A DNA stretch of 63,918 nucleotides, filler included, from Nemertoderma westbladi (GCA_032718475.1; 4 parts of 4 records of this genome joined end to end with filler, not necessarily neighbours in it); one strand, 5' to 3'. Counted from the first letter of the whole stretch, positions 25,111 through 38,544 are shown. Program-made: numbers and translations. The notes: generated from the sequence alone by a model not told the origin.

Positions 25111-26556
25111 ATGCAGTCTGACAGTAGCGCTGAGTCTGTCACTAATAGCGAACCAGTAACCTTCGCGATATGGCATTGCTTGAATCATTACGCTTACTCC
25201 AACGCAATATTTCTTGCGGAGCGCTTATTGAGCCAAAACCAAACGGACGAGACGGTATACCTACTGGCCTCCTGCTACTTCCGTAGTGGCGATGCTACTA
25301 AGGCGCGCTCCTTCCTTCAAGCCAAGGGATGTCCTTCACCACAGATGAAGTTCCTTCTCGCTAGATGCTGTTTCGCTCTTGGTAAGTACAGCGACGCTGA
25401 GATTGCCTTAACAGGGGGCCCCCTCAAGAACCCAACGTCATTGGAGACGTTGGCTACCAACTACGCCGATATCGCACCCTACGCACTTTCGTTACTCGGC
25501 GATATTTACAAGCGTTCCGACCGATTAAGTAAAGCGATCGACGTTTACCGCTACTCGCTGAAACTCAACCCCATGATGTGGACCAGTTTCGAGGCCCTGT
25601 GCGACCTCGGTTGCACCAACCTCGACACCTCGGAGATATTCTCTACTGATAAGATCCCGGTGAATCTCTTGGGCTTCGATGCCGGAACAACTGACTCCTA
25701 CTCGACTCCTCGACGGGTCAGTAAGACTATCGACCTCATTGGTGTGGAGATTCCTTCAGAGCCATTCTTTACACCCCCTGTATCTACACTCCCCCCTTCG
25801 GCGGAGGAACGCAAACCCGTCTGGAACAAAGTCCGTTCCCTGCAGGTGGGCGGCGTTCACGCTCTCTCGCCGCTGACTCCCAGCATCGGCGTTGCTCCTT
25901 TATTCGATACTTCCCTGAACTTTATAACCCCGGAGCTCGCGGGAAATAAAGCCGCGGCTGTGGCCCCCCGTAAAGCGGCGTCGCGGCCTCTTAGCGACGC
26001 CACAGGCAATGTGGCGCATGCTAAGGAAGCGCCGCCTCGCCGCCCGTCCAGTCGTCCCGTCGCCACGGACAACCAGCCACTGCGGCGTAGCGAACGGCTA
26101 TTCGGCTCGGCGAATTCGGTTTCCGTTAAGGAGAACACGTCGCAGAAACAGCGGAGTTCTCGCAGCGGGAAGACGCCCTCGGGGTTGGGGGTCGTTGCCA
26201 ATAGCAACAAAGTGACGGCCAAGCAGAACGCCGCCGCCAAGAACACGAAGAACTCGGGGCAGAAGAAATCCTCTCGGAGTAATAAACTCGAGAACTCCGA
26301 GTTGAAACCCTGTCGAGTCGACGTGAAGGAGATCGATGTGTCGAAGGATCGCTGCGCGGTCGTCTCGCTGCATCGACAGGTCGAGGGATGCGGCGGGGTC
26401 AAGGCGTTGCTACGGACAGCGGAGGGACTCATGGGGTTTCTGCGTTGCGTAGGTGACGCGTATTGGGCCCAGTCGCAGTACCGGTTGAACGACGCGCTCG
26501 CGTTGTATGGGAAGCTGCCGCTGAACCAACGGTACGCATCCTGGATACTCGCACAG
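25111..26556 (+). CDS. CDC27: Cell division cycle 27 (APC3, TPR subunit of APC/C), coding exon 1 (482 codons)
   Basis: EPVTFAIWHCLNHYAYSNAIFLAERL corresponds to the CDC27 N-terminus; SLKLNPMMWTSFEALC, LSPLTPS and RRSERLF; donor CAG|GTTGGT at 26556/26557. Confidence 0.96.
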
Positions 26557-27479
26557 GTTGGTTATCTTATTATTTTTCCGCCCAAATAATTATCTAATTG
26601 TTAATTAATCTTATAAAATACAACATAATCGCAAATATGGATCAGCTAAAGCAGGGATAATACGATACGAAATACGTAAAAATGTTTCGTATTTTTTTCG
26701 TATCGTATTTATTTCAGAATTGATATAAAAATGTATTTATTTACATTTACACTTAGGAAATCTTTTATAATTCTCTAGTTAGCAAATATCTTTATTTCAA
26801 TGATCCAGTATAAACTAATAAAAGCATAAAATAATACGTGGTTAACATAAAAAATACATGACGAATGAACACTAAAGCACTAAAACTGCTTGCTACGGCA
26901 ACAGTGCGACTACACTGGCTACAACATCCATTATGTTATGTTATGTTATTAATATCGCCAGAATAACAATAAAATATTAAATTTTGCACATATACAGTAG
27001 AATGACAATTATGAACATATCTGGCAATGTACGCTAATAAGCGTTTATTTACTCGTACTGTTATAATAAAAATACAGGTAATGGTATACACACACACACA
27101 ATGACTAACTACAGTAGAATTACTAAAATAATTGAAATTGTAGTTAATTACTATAATTACAGTACTTACATAAGCAGTTGGTACATTTTAATTATTAAAT
27201 TAGGCCTACTTAGTTCCAAATAAAAATAATTAAAATGCGTAAGGGCTTCAACAACATACAGTATATATAGGCAAACATTTGGGCTATAAGCAAACATAAT
27301 GCTCAATAGGACAAATATTACGGTGAAATAAAACGTCAAAGTAACCTTAAAAGATAGTACGACAATTAATTAAACATGAAAACTATATTTAAAAATTTAA
27401 CAAAAATTTTATACAAAGAATAGTACCGTGCAGTAATGTAGTTAAAAATATATGGGGGGGGGGGGGGGTAGTAAAATTG

Positions 27480-28790
27480 GCGGTGGCAACTTAGCGAACT
27501 GGGACGTCACTGTAGATGTTCATAAGATTCTGCATGGCTTTGTCAAGACGATTTTTAAAAATATTAACAGAAGGATTTCCGAGAAGGTCATGGGCATTCA
27601 CCACATCCTCACTTAACTATTTACATGGAACATATGATGACCAGCGGTATCCCGTTTATATAGAGCTAAAGACGAGCCTCTAGTAGAGTACAAATGCTGT
27701 TGATTCCTTAATTCGAAGAACTTATGTAAATCTAGATTTATCAATGTTATGGACAAACTTGAAAGTGTTTATCATATCAGCTCGTATACGTCAGTACGTC
27801 TATAGATCAATGTTGGGATACCAAGGGAATGAAGACGTTCTTCATATGTCAATTCCTGGAGGAAAGGAACAATCTTGGTGGCACGATGCTGCACACGTTC
27901 TAACAGGTCGATGTCTTTCTGCTGGTAGGGGCACCAAACTACTGTAGCATACTCGAGAAGTGGTCTTATAATAGCTCGATACAGGTTGAGGAACATCGAG
28001 GCTCCATAAAGGTAAATGTATGTTTCACAAGATTTAGAACACGCGTTGCTCTGGCTGATATGATAGAACAGTGAGTGGTGAATGAAAGATTAGAACTGAA
28101 CCTTACACCAAGATCCTTTTCTTCATTGACAGATTCTAGAATGGTACCATTCATGGAATAAGATGACTGCGGATTCTTACGTCCAAGATGAACAACTTTA
28201 CACTTAGCTGGGTTGAACTGAAGATGCCAACGATTTGCCCAATCAGCAAGTGAGTCTAAGTCAGCCAGGAGACAATCAATATCAGCAGAACTGTGGATTG
28301 GCCTGTAAATCTTGGTGTCATCAACAAACACATTACAAATGGACGATACGACATCAGGAATATCGTTCACAAATATTAGGAACAAAATAGGGGCAGTCAC
28401 CGTTCCTTGGGGGACACCACTGGAGACCATACGGGAACTAATTAGTACACCATTTACACGTACACATTGGGAACGATTAGAGAGGAAATTGCTGATCCAT
28501 TGTGCCACACTACCTTGGATTTCATATGCGTTCAACTTTTGGAGAAGCAGCTTGTGGGATACAGTATCAAAGGCACGACGCAAATCGAGATTACTACATC
28601 GGCTCCGAGAGTGTGGAGGTCGTCTACATATGTACTGAATTCCTCTAGTACTTCCAATAGTTGGGTAACTGTGGAACGGCGGGACCTTCCCCCATGTTGT
28701 GAGTCGGTGAATAGGCCTAGGTTGTTTGATTCGAAATGATTCACCAAAGCATCTCTTACAAACTTCTTACAAACTTTCGCCAAGATGCAT
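27480..28790 (-). mobile_element. CR1-type LINE RT and 3' fragment within the CDC27 intron
   Basis: RAFDTVSH, SGVPQGTV, FVDDTKIY, KCKVVHLG, EKDLGV, RPLLEYA and LERVQHRATK; frameshifted. Confidence 0.9.
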
Positions 28791-29454
28791 GAGCATTACG
28801 ACTTGATGTAGTGGTGTAGTACCTTTTTTATTTTCGTCTCTTTCCGGCCATTTGTTGTATCACTAGTCTTTGTTCGTCCGGAATACAATCTGTTAAAAGT
28901 GTACAGTACAAACGCATTTCGGTATTTTTGGTGTATATATTATTACCCTTAAGTTGTTTGATTTACTAGGGTAACTGTATGTATTGAGTGTTACCAGTGA
29001 AAGTAAATATGTATATGTATGAGTATGAGTATGTATTGTTGTAACGACTGTTATACTTGTCAGACTGTTATGACTTGTGGACTGTTATATGTAATTGTAA
29101 TGTGTTGATGTTAAGTTATGTGTGAATATCGGGTATACGGTCAATGAACTAACTTACTAGGCCTATCATGCCACTGTATGCATACTGGAATAAAAACCGT
29201 AAGACTGCCTTATGGATGTATTTATGATTTGGGCCTAATATGGAATAAATGTTTTTCTTACATTCAATTCTTAAACAAAAAATGGGAAGTCTTGTCATAC
29301 TCATTTAATATAATACTTAATATAATTAATATAATCTTATGTAGCAAATTATAAAACCTTGTCGTAAAAACATATATACAAATTTAGTGTTGTGATCTGA
29401 ATAAATTTTAATTAATTTCAGTTACAGTCACAGTTTGAGTATTACAAAATGTAG

Positions 29455-29657
29455 AATTATAACTTTTTGTTGGGCACAGCTTTTGCAAAGTCGGAAATGA
29501 CGTCCAGGTGGGATCGAACTGGTTAGAGCGTCAGACTTCCAACCCGGAGGTCACCAGTTCGATCCCACCTTGACGTCATTTCCGACTTTGCAAAAGCTGT
29601 ACTCAACAAAAAGTTATAATAATATGAAACCACTCATTCACCCATAACATCAATAAT
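29455..29657 (+). mobile_element. tRNA-derived SINE with 5' inverted duplication
   Basis: TGGTTAGAGCG (A-box part) and AGTTCGATCC (B box); AAT tail; possible TSD AAAATGTAG at 29446-29454 and 29658-29666. Confidence 0.7.
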
Positions 29658-30351
29658 AAAATGTAGCATTTCAGTTACAGTTTCAGTATTAAAAAATGTA
29701 GCATTTTAGTTTCAGTTACAGTTTTGATCCTGATAAAATTTCAGTTACAGTTTCAGATTCAGTTATAGATTCAATAATGTCAGTCTCATCGGAGCGGGGT
29801 GCAGTGCACTCACCCAATGAGTCACTTACACTCACCCAATGAGTCACTTGTCAAACAGAAATCAAACGACTCACTTGCCCAATAAAAAAATGTATCTAAA
29901 ACTAAAACTGAGAACACCAATAATAAATTATAAAAGTAGAGTACTGGTGATACATTAATACACCATCCAACAGGATTATACAGATAAAAATGCATCCCTC
30001 TCCAGGGGAAATTCGACGCAACTAACAGCTGATTATTTTCAAAAATAGAGACAGGGGGGGGGGGGGGATTGGACGCAAATTCCGTCTTGGCGAATTAATA
30101 TCCCGCCTCAATGTTAAGTTGTCAATTTATGGCAAGGAGCAGGTTATAGTGGTACAGAGAAAGTACCGTAAAGGCACATCATGCTATTACTTACAATTGG
30201 GATGCTCTTTTTATTATTTTTAATCAAAATTGTTAATTAAAAAGTTAAACTTGTCGAAATATAATTAGCAGCTTATTTATCGATCTCGTTGTTGTTTTTG
30301 CATTTCTGGTTTCGAATAATTCGGTTGTTTATTATATTATTTCACCCCCAG

Positions 30352-31377
30352 ATCGGCCGTTGTCAGTTCGAGTTGGCGCTGTACCGCGATGCGTCGGCGA
30401 CCTTCCGGAACATCCGCTCGTTGGAGCCCTACTCCCTGGGCGGCCTCGAGTACTTCGCCACCGCGTTGTGGCACCTCGAACTCGAGATGGACCTGTCGCA
30501 CCTCGCCAACTCGCTGGCGGACACCGACCGTCTGTCCCCGGTGACCTGGACCGCGCTCGGCAACTGCTTCTCGCTGCAACGCGAACACGCGCTCGCGATA
30601 AAGTACCTCCAACGCGCGGTCCAACTGAACCCCCGCTTCGTGTACGCCCACACGCTGCTGGGATACGAACACCTCGCCCTGGACGAGGCCCACTCCGCGT
30701 TGCAGTGCTTCCAGCGAGCCGTCGCGGCCGACACACGCCACTACCGGGCGTGGTACGGTATCGGGACTGTCTACCACAAACAGGAGCGCTTTCTACTCGC
30801 TAAATCCCACTTCCAGAAGGCCATGGACATCAACCCTAACAACCCGGTGCTGCTATGCCACACGGCGACGGTTCTTAGTGAGTTAGGTAAACCCGAAGAA
30901 GCTCTCTCCCTCCTCAACTCCGCCCTCCACTTACATCCGAAGAACCCGCTCTGTAAGTTCCGTTTAGCCTCGATACTCTTTTCTCTCGAACGATTTCAAG
31001 AGGCCTTGACGCACGTGGAAGTTCTCAAAGGCCTCGCTCCTAAAGAATCCTTGGTTTATTTCCTCGCGGGTAAGATTTATAAGAAACAGGGTTTACCCCA
31101 CAAGGCCTCAGCTAATTTCAACCACGCCATAGACTTGGACCCCAAGGGGGCGAACAATACGATGAAGGACGAGTTGGATAGACGGTATCTTGTCGACGAT
31201 GATACGGCGAGTGGTGACGTTGGTAAACTGTCGGGGGTCGCCCGGGGCAGCATGGGGCTACTCACTGCATCTAATAACCGCAGGGGGGCGTCCGCATCCG
31301 ACGACGAGGACGATGACTCAGACGTGTCCGTCGACGGGATTAATCTGCAGGCCAATGAGAGCGACGAGAGTTTGTGA
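30352..31377 (+). CDS. CDC27: CDC27 coding exon 2 (C-terminal TPR array); spliced product 823 aa
   Basis: Acceptor CCCCCAG|ATC; the phase-0 join gives WILAQ|IGRCQFEL; GNCFSLQREH, YAHTLLGYE, RHYRAWYGIG, APKESLVYFLAGKIYKK, DLDPKGANN and terminal ESDESL. Confidence 0.96.
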   Translation: MGRCQFELALYRDASATFRNIRSLEPYSLGGLEYFATALWHLELEMDLSHLANSLADTDRLSPVTWTALGNCFSLQREHALAIKYLQRAVQLNPRFVYAHTLLGYEHLALDEAHSALQCFQRAVAADTRHYRAWYGIGTVYHKQERFLLAKSHFQKAMDINPNNPVLLCHTATVLSELGKPEEALSLLNSALHLHPKNPLCKFRLASILFSLERFQEALTHVEVLKGLAPKESLVYFLAGKIYKKQGLPHKASANFNHAIDLDPKGANNTMKDELDRRYLVDDDTASGDVGKLSGVARGSMGLLTASNNRRGASASDDEDDDSDVSVDGINLQANESDESL

Positions 31378-32454
31378 TGACGTCATAATATCGGGTATTT
31401 ATAGCCGGCCTTTTTGTTCAATTAATATTGTTTGTTTGTCCCTCGCAATCTATTTATTATCATCCACCCACGTTAATGACATCAACTCACTAAAAGTATT
31501 TAGTGACATTTAGTTAACCTATCGAATCGTTCCAGATCATTTATAATAACAATTAATTGAGTTTATTAATGTCAATAAACTATTGATATTTAAAGAAGAT
31601 AAATTTAGTCGCATATTTATTCAAAATAATATAATATAATAATAAAATAATTTATTTTCTTTTTTTATGGATTTTTTTCATATTATTCAAACATTCGGTT
31701 CTATAACCCGCGGTTTTGTATCTTGTAATTATTCCAGATTCCCTATCTCCCCTTTACTATCTTTAGCAACTCCATAAACTATATATATTAAGTGAAACTG
31801 AATAATTGCTTACTTTTTATGAGTTGGTCCTACGGGGTTTCTGTCCCTCACATCTTCTACTAAATCATGTAGGCCTATTTATTATGTTAACTGTTTTAGC
31901 GATATAAATTGTATCATTTATGTGATGTGTTTAGTTACTAGTTTTCACTTCCAATAATTTGGTTACTGCGTGCTGCGCGACTCCCCTTCCTCTATTTTGT
32001 GTGTATATAACTGGTATGTGTTTACTAGCTAACCCGAGGGTATAGATTACATACTTGAATACAACTTACAGAGAAAATATAGACTTACATACTTAATTTA
32101 GTGGAAATTTCAGGTAAATCGAAAAGTCAAACATTTCGTGAAAATATGAATAAACGTTTTATTTTTGTTTTTTTGTTCCTCCAAAACTTTAAGCTTATCA
32201 ATTTTATTACTCTTTAGATATTCTATATTCTAGAACGTTAGCTAGTGTCGTTATTTGCCGTTTTAACTAACTAATTTATACAAATACTTGGGCTACTTTC
32301 TACGTTTCATCTGAACGTCTTAGACGATCACTAACTGCGCCTGTCAAACTTAGCAGATTTACAGATGTAATTAATTCATTAATTGTACACCCCATCCCCA
32401 CATTGAAACATCCCGTTGCCATATAAACAGTCCAGAATCTCCTTACAATGTTCA

Positions 32455-33408
32455 ATTACTGGTACTGGCACCATTACTGGTACTGGTACCATTACTGGTA
32501 CTGGCACCATTACTGGTACTGGTACCATTACTGGTACTGTTACCATTACTGGTACTGGTACCATTACTGGTACTGGTACCATTACTGGTGCTGGTACCCT
32601 TACTGGTACTGGTATCATTACTGGTACTGGTACCATTACTGGTACTGTTACCATTACTGGTACTGGTATCATTACTGGTACTGGTACCATTACTGGTACT
32701 GTTACCATTACTGGTACTGGTACCATTACTTGTACTGGTACCATTACTTGTACTGGTACCATTACTTGTACTGGTACCATTACTGGTACTGTTACCATTA
32801 CTGGTGCTGGTACCATTACTGGTGCTGGTACCATTACTGGTACCATTACTGGTACTGTTGCCTTTACTGGTACTGGTACCAATACTGGTACTGGTACCAT
32901 TACTGGTACTGTTACCATTACTGGTACTGTTACAATTACTGGTACTGTTGCCATTACTGGTACTGGTACCATTACTGGTACTGTTACCATTACTGGTACT
33001 GGTACCATTACTGGTACTGGTACCATTACTGGTACTGTTACCATTACTGGTACTGTTGCCATTACTGGTACTGGTACCATTACTGGTACTGTTACCATTA
33101 CTGGTACTGTTACAATTACTGGTACTGTTGTCATTACTGGTACTGGTACCATTACTGGTACTGTTACCATTACTGGTACTGGCACCATTACTGGTACTGG
33201 CACCATTACTGGTACTGGTACCATTACTGGTACTGGTACCATTACTGGTACTGGTACCATTACTGGTACTTTTACCATTACTGGTACTGGAACCATTACT
33301 GGTGCTGGTACCATTACTGGTACTGGCACCATTACTGGTACTGTTGCCATTACTGGTACTGGTACCATTACTGGTACTGGTACCATTACTGGTACTGGTA
33401 CCATTACT
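32455..33408. repeat. 18-bp minisatellite (ATTACTGGTACTGGTACC), about 53 units
   Basis: Direct reading; open in several frames at once. Confidence 0.97.
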
Positions 33409-33898
33409 TACAAAACCGGCTATACAACGGTAACCATTAAATACTACCGATGCTTTATCGCCGAGATCGCTTCTATGAACATAAACATACGCTTAATTAA
33501 TTAATTCTCTCCAACTATTGGATTGATGAAATATGAGATTATTAATTAAGAAATTAATTGTGTGGTTTAATTGTTTTCATTAGTTCACAATTAATTAATT
33601 AGTAATAGTAAGTAATTTAACCATTACTTTAGCGGGAAGGGAAGAAGACCCTTACCCTATACAGTTAATTCATTTCAACGGCGTGTATTTATGAAAGCTG
33701 TTTATGACTATGAAATTATTTTCAGACATCAACTTTGTTACATCGATTTTCCCCTTTATACAATTAATTTTCTATAGAATGGAAGCTGCGTCATTATATT
33801 TCTTATTTAATTTCTCTATTATAATTCCCGTTATTGCAGTGTTGCATCGGGATCCCGTTGCAACACAAATTTATTGACGGAATCGCTTCATTTATTTT

Positions 33899-36800
33899 CA
33901 TAGGGGGTATCCATAGGGGCTATCCATAGGGGGTATCCATAGGGGCTATCCATAGGGGCTATCCATAGGGGCTATCCATGGGGGCTATCCATAGGGGCTA
34001 TCCATAGGGGCTATCCATAGGGGCTATCCATGGGGGCTATCCATGGGGGCTATCCATGGGGGCTATCCATAGGGGCTATCCATAGGGGCTATCCATAGGG
34101 GGTATCCATAGGGGCTATCCATGGTCTATCCATAGGGGCTATCCATGGGCTATCCATAGGGGCTATCCATGGGGCCTATCCATAGGGGCTATCCATAGGG
34201 GCTATCCATAGGGGCTATCCATAGGGGGTATCCATAGGGGCTATCCATAGGGGCTATCCATAGGGGCTATCCATAGGGGGTATCCATAGGGGCTATCCAT
34301 AGGGGCTATCCATGGGGGGTATCCATAAGGGGCTATCCATAGGGGCTATCCATAGGGGCTATCCATAGAGGCTATCCATGGGGGCTATCCATGGGGGGTA
34401 TCCATAGGGGCTATCCATAGGGGCTATCCATGGGGGCTATCCATGGGGGGTATCCATAGGGGCTATCCATAGGGGCTATCCATAGGGGCTATCCATGGGG
34501 GCTATCCATGGGGGGTATCCATAGGGGCTATCCATAGGGGCTATCTATAGGGGGTATCCATAGGGGCTATCCATAGGGGGTATCCATGGGGGCTATCCAT
34601 GGGGGGTATCCATAAGGGGCTATCCATAGGGGCTATCCATAGGGGCTATCCATAGAGGCTATCCATGGGGGCTATCCATGGGGGGTATCCATAGGGGCTA
34701 TCCATAGGGGCTATCCATGGGGGCTATCCATGGGGGGTATCCATAGGGGCTATCCATAGGGGCTATCCATAGGGGCTATCCATGGGGGCTATCCATGGGG
34801 GGTATCCATAGGGGGTATCCATAGGGGCTATCCATAGGGGGTATCCATAGGGGCTATCCATAGGGGGTATCCATGGGGGCTATCCATGGGGGGTATCCAT
34901 AAGGGGCTATCCATAGGGGCTATCCATAGGGGCTATCCATAGAGGCTATCCATGGGGGCTATCCATGGGGGCTATCCATGGGGGCTATCCATAGGGGCTA
35001 TCCATAGGGGCTATCCATAGGGGGTATCCATAGGGGCTATCCATGGTCTATCCATAGGGGCTATCCATGGTCTATCCATAGGGGCTATCCATAGGGGGTA
35101 TCCATAGGGGCTATCCATAGGGGCTATCCATGGGGGCTATCCATGGGGGCTATCCATAGGGGCTATCCATAGGGGCTATCCATAGGGGCTATCCATGGGG
35201 GCTATCCATGGGGGCTATCCATGGGGGCTATCCATAGGGGCTATCCATAGGGGCTATCCATAGGGGGTATCCATAGGGGCTATCCATGGTCTATCCATAG
35301 GGGCTATCCATGGGCTATCCATAGGGGCTATCCATGGGGCCTATCCATAGGGGCTAGCCATAGGGGCTATCCATAGGGGCTATCCATAGGGGGTATCCAT
35401 AGGGGCTATCCATAGGGGCTATCCATAGGGGCTATCCATAGGGGGTATCCATAGGGGCTATCCATAGGGGCTATCCATGGGGGGTATCCATAAGGGGCTA
35501 TCCATAGGGGCTATCCATAGGGGCTATCCATAGAGGCTATCCATGGGGGCTATCCATGGGGGGTATCCATAGGGGCTATCCATAGGGGCTATCCATGGGG
35601 GCTATCCATGGGGGGTATCCATAGGGGCTATCCATAGGGGCTATCCATAGGGGCTATCCATGGGGGCTATCCATGGGGGGTATCCATAGGGGCTATCCAT
35701 AGGGGCTATCCATAGGGGCTATCCATGGGGGGTATCCATAGGGGCTATCCATAGGGGCTATCCATGGGGGCTATCCATGGGGGGTATCCATAGGGGGTAT
35801 CCATAGGGGCTATCCATAGGGGGTATCCATAGGGGCTATCCATAGGGGGTATCCATGGGGGCTATCCATGGGGGGTATCCATAAGGGGCTATCCATAGGG
35901 GCTATCCATAGGGGCTATCCATAGAGGCTATCCATGGGGGCTATCCATGGGGGCTATCCATGGGGGCTATCCATAGGGGCTATCCATAGGGGCTATCCAT
36001 AGGGGGTATCCATAGGGGCTATCCATAGGGGGTATCCATAGGGGGTATCCATAGGGGCTATCCATGGTCTATCCATAGGGGCTATCCATGGTCTATCCAT
36101 AGGGGCTATCCATAGGGGCTATCCATAGGGGCTATCCATAGGGGCTATCCATAGGGGGTATCCATGGGGGCTATCCATAGGGGGTATCCATAGGGGCTAT
36201 CCATGGTCTATCCATAGGGGCTATCCATGGTCTATCCATAGGGGCTATCCATAGGGGGTATCCATAGGGGCTATCCATAGGGGGTATCCATGGGGGCTAT
36301 CCATAGGGGCTATCCATGGGGCCTATCCATAGGGGCTATCCATAGGGGCTATCCATAGGGGCTATCCATAGGGGGTATCCATAGGGGCTATCCATAGGGG
36401 CTATCCATAGGGGCTATCCATAGGGGGTATCCATAGGGGCTATCCATAGGGGGTATCCATAGGGGCTATCCATGGTCTATCCATAGGGGCTATCCATGGT
36501 CTATCCATAGGGGCTATCCATGGTCTATCCATAGGGGCTATCCATAGGGGGTATCCATAGGGGCTATCAATGGGGGCTATCCATGGGGGCTATCCATAGG
36601 GGCTATCCATAGGGGCTATCCATAGGGGCTATCCATGGGGGCTATCCATGGGGGCTATCCATGGGGGCTATCCATAGGGGCTATCCATAGGGGCTATCCA
36701 TAGGGGGTATCCATAGGGGGTATCCATAGGGGCTATCCATAGGGGGTATCCATGGGGGCTATCCATAGGGGCTATCCATGGGGCCTATCCATAGGGGCTA

Positions 36801-37171
36801 TCCATAGGGGCTATCCATAGGGGCTATCCATAGGGGCTATCCATAGGGGCTATCCATAGGGGCTATCCATAGGGGGTATCCATAGGGGCTATCCATAGGG
36901 GCTATCCATGGGGGGTATCCATAAGGGGCTATCCATAGGGGCTATCCATAGGGGCTATCCATAGAGGCTATCCATGGGGGCTATCCATGGGGGGTATCCA
37001 TAGGGGCTATCCATAGGGGCTATCCATGGGGGCTATCCATGGGGGGTATCCATAGGGGCTATCCATAGGGGCTATCCATAGGGGCTATCCATGGGGGCTA
37101 TCCATGGGGGGTATCCATAGGGGGTATCCATAGGGGCTATCCATAGGGGGTATCCATAGGGGCTATCCATA
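33899..37171. repeat. 13-bp G-rich satellite (CCATAGGGGCTAT), about 250 units, running into a gap
   Basis: Direct reading; variants CCATGGGGG, GGGGTAT and 11-bp CCATGGTCTAT. Confidence 0.98.
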
Positions 37172-37271
37172 NNNNNNNNNNNNNNNNNNNNNNNNNNNNN
37201 NNNNNNNNNNNNNNNTTAATTAATTAANNNNNNNNNNNNNNNNNNNNNNNNNNNNNNNNNNNNNNNNNNNN
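37172..37271. other. Assembly linker N44-TTAATTAATTAA-N44
   Basis: As at 14458. Confidence 0.97.
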
Positions 37272-37531
37272 AGAGATTAATTATTAACGATCCATCGAAT
37301 AATACATTAGGTATACACTGCAACCTTACACTGTAATAATACAATTCAAGCATCCGAATTCAGTCTCCCGGGTGTAGATCCATCGGGTGAATGATCGCGC
37401 ATGGGCTGACTTCGGCTAATGTTTTGCGTATTAGCATAAATTATTGTCGTATGCTAAAGTGGTTTTAATTAACGAAAAGACATATAAATTTTGGCAGGTT
37501 AAACTGCTAAAGGTCTTCGAAAGCGCGAACA
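37272..37531. mobile_element. Left end of a TGT...ACA family element, inverted relative to 4811 and cut by the gap
   Basis: Reverse complement begins TGTTCGCGCTTTCGAAGACCTTTAGCAGTTTAACCTG and aligns with 4811-5055. Confidence 0.88.
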
Positions 37532-38105
37532 CTTGGAATTCAGCCGGATTGAGAATAGATCCAAGTATATCGGTATCTATGTGTCTGACTGCTGGAGTTC
37601 TTTGTTGGCGTTGTGTAATATCACTCATGGAGAGTTCCATTATAATACGCTGGTGTTTAGTGTTTATTGTTGGTTTTACGTTTAATGTAGCCGAGTCTAT
37701 AACTTGTTGCTCTACAAACACGAGATCGATCACGCTACTGCCATTCCAACTGTAGTAAGTTGGAACTGTTGGGTCAGTTATACAATGTAACCCGGCCGAT
37801 CGAAGACCATCGCATAGTAAGCTTCCACGTTCGCCAGTATCGAGGCGGCAGTTGAAATCCCCAATCATTATAATAGGAGAGTTCGTTGTAGATCTTATCG
37901 AGTTTATGGTATTTATCAGTTCTAGTAGTATGTCTGTTACATCTGTGTTCGGTTTGAAGTAACTGGATACAAACACAAATTCCGCGAATAGCATTGCCAG
38001 TACAGATTCACATTTATAGATGACGTTGTGCGTAGTTCCATGTCTCATATTAACCGCCACAGTAATACCCCCAAATGGGCGACCCTGCTCCCCTTTACTA
38101 GAAGG
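37532..38105 (-). mobile_element. LINE APE endonuclease fragment interrupted by the TGT element
   Basis: GRPFGGI, SYFKP, IGDFNCR and PTYYSWNGSSVIDLVF. Confidence 0.85.
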
Positions 38106-38544
38106 TCCCCTTTACTAATACTACACAATACAAAATGTTAATGTGCATGCAAGTTCAATTCGAATTTAATATAATATAATATTCGCCAAATTAAGTTGGG
38201 TTGAGTTGCATGCATATGTACTGATTGTGTAGAATGTAGATCGTAATAGGCCGAGCAGACCCATTACACCAATCACCACGTACATTCAGGCAAACACAGT
38301 TGATAAATACATGGTTCTCATTAATTTCACATGCTAAATACTAAATAGGAACATAATATCGGTACTTACAGGATTAGATCGCTGGCAATCGTGCTACTTA
38401 CAGTTTATCGTTGACAGGGGTAAATTATAAATATGAAAGAATGTACAGTACGTAGATATTATAGTACAGTACAGCAGTACAAAAGGACAAGAACAATACA
38501 ACAAGTACTATACGGTAGATACGAGGACAGTACGTAATGTAATA

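Noticed and set aside
29520-29570. Functional tRNA gene
   Set aside because: The acceptor stem and 5' part are missing and the anticodon stem is mispaired; it fits a SINE head better.
30289-30351. N-terminal extension MLFLHFWF... of the second CDC27 ORF
   Set aside because: It is the intronic polypyrimidine tract upstream of the CAG acceptor.
25857-31355. Antisense and alternate-frame ORFs over the CDC27 exons
   Set aside because: These are shadow ORFs expected from GC-rich coding sequence; the same applies to those over the CRE element and the Ulp1-bearing LINE.
32379-33504. (ITGTGT)n antifreeze or ice-binding-like ORF, and the VPVM, YWY and LVLVP ORFs
   Set aside because: The 18-bp minisatellite is open in four frames, the ITGTGT frame has no ATG or signal peptide, and there is little synonymous variation. 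Only expression data could rescue it.
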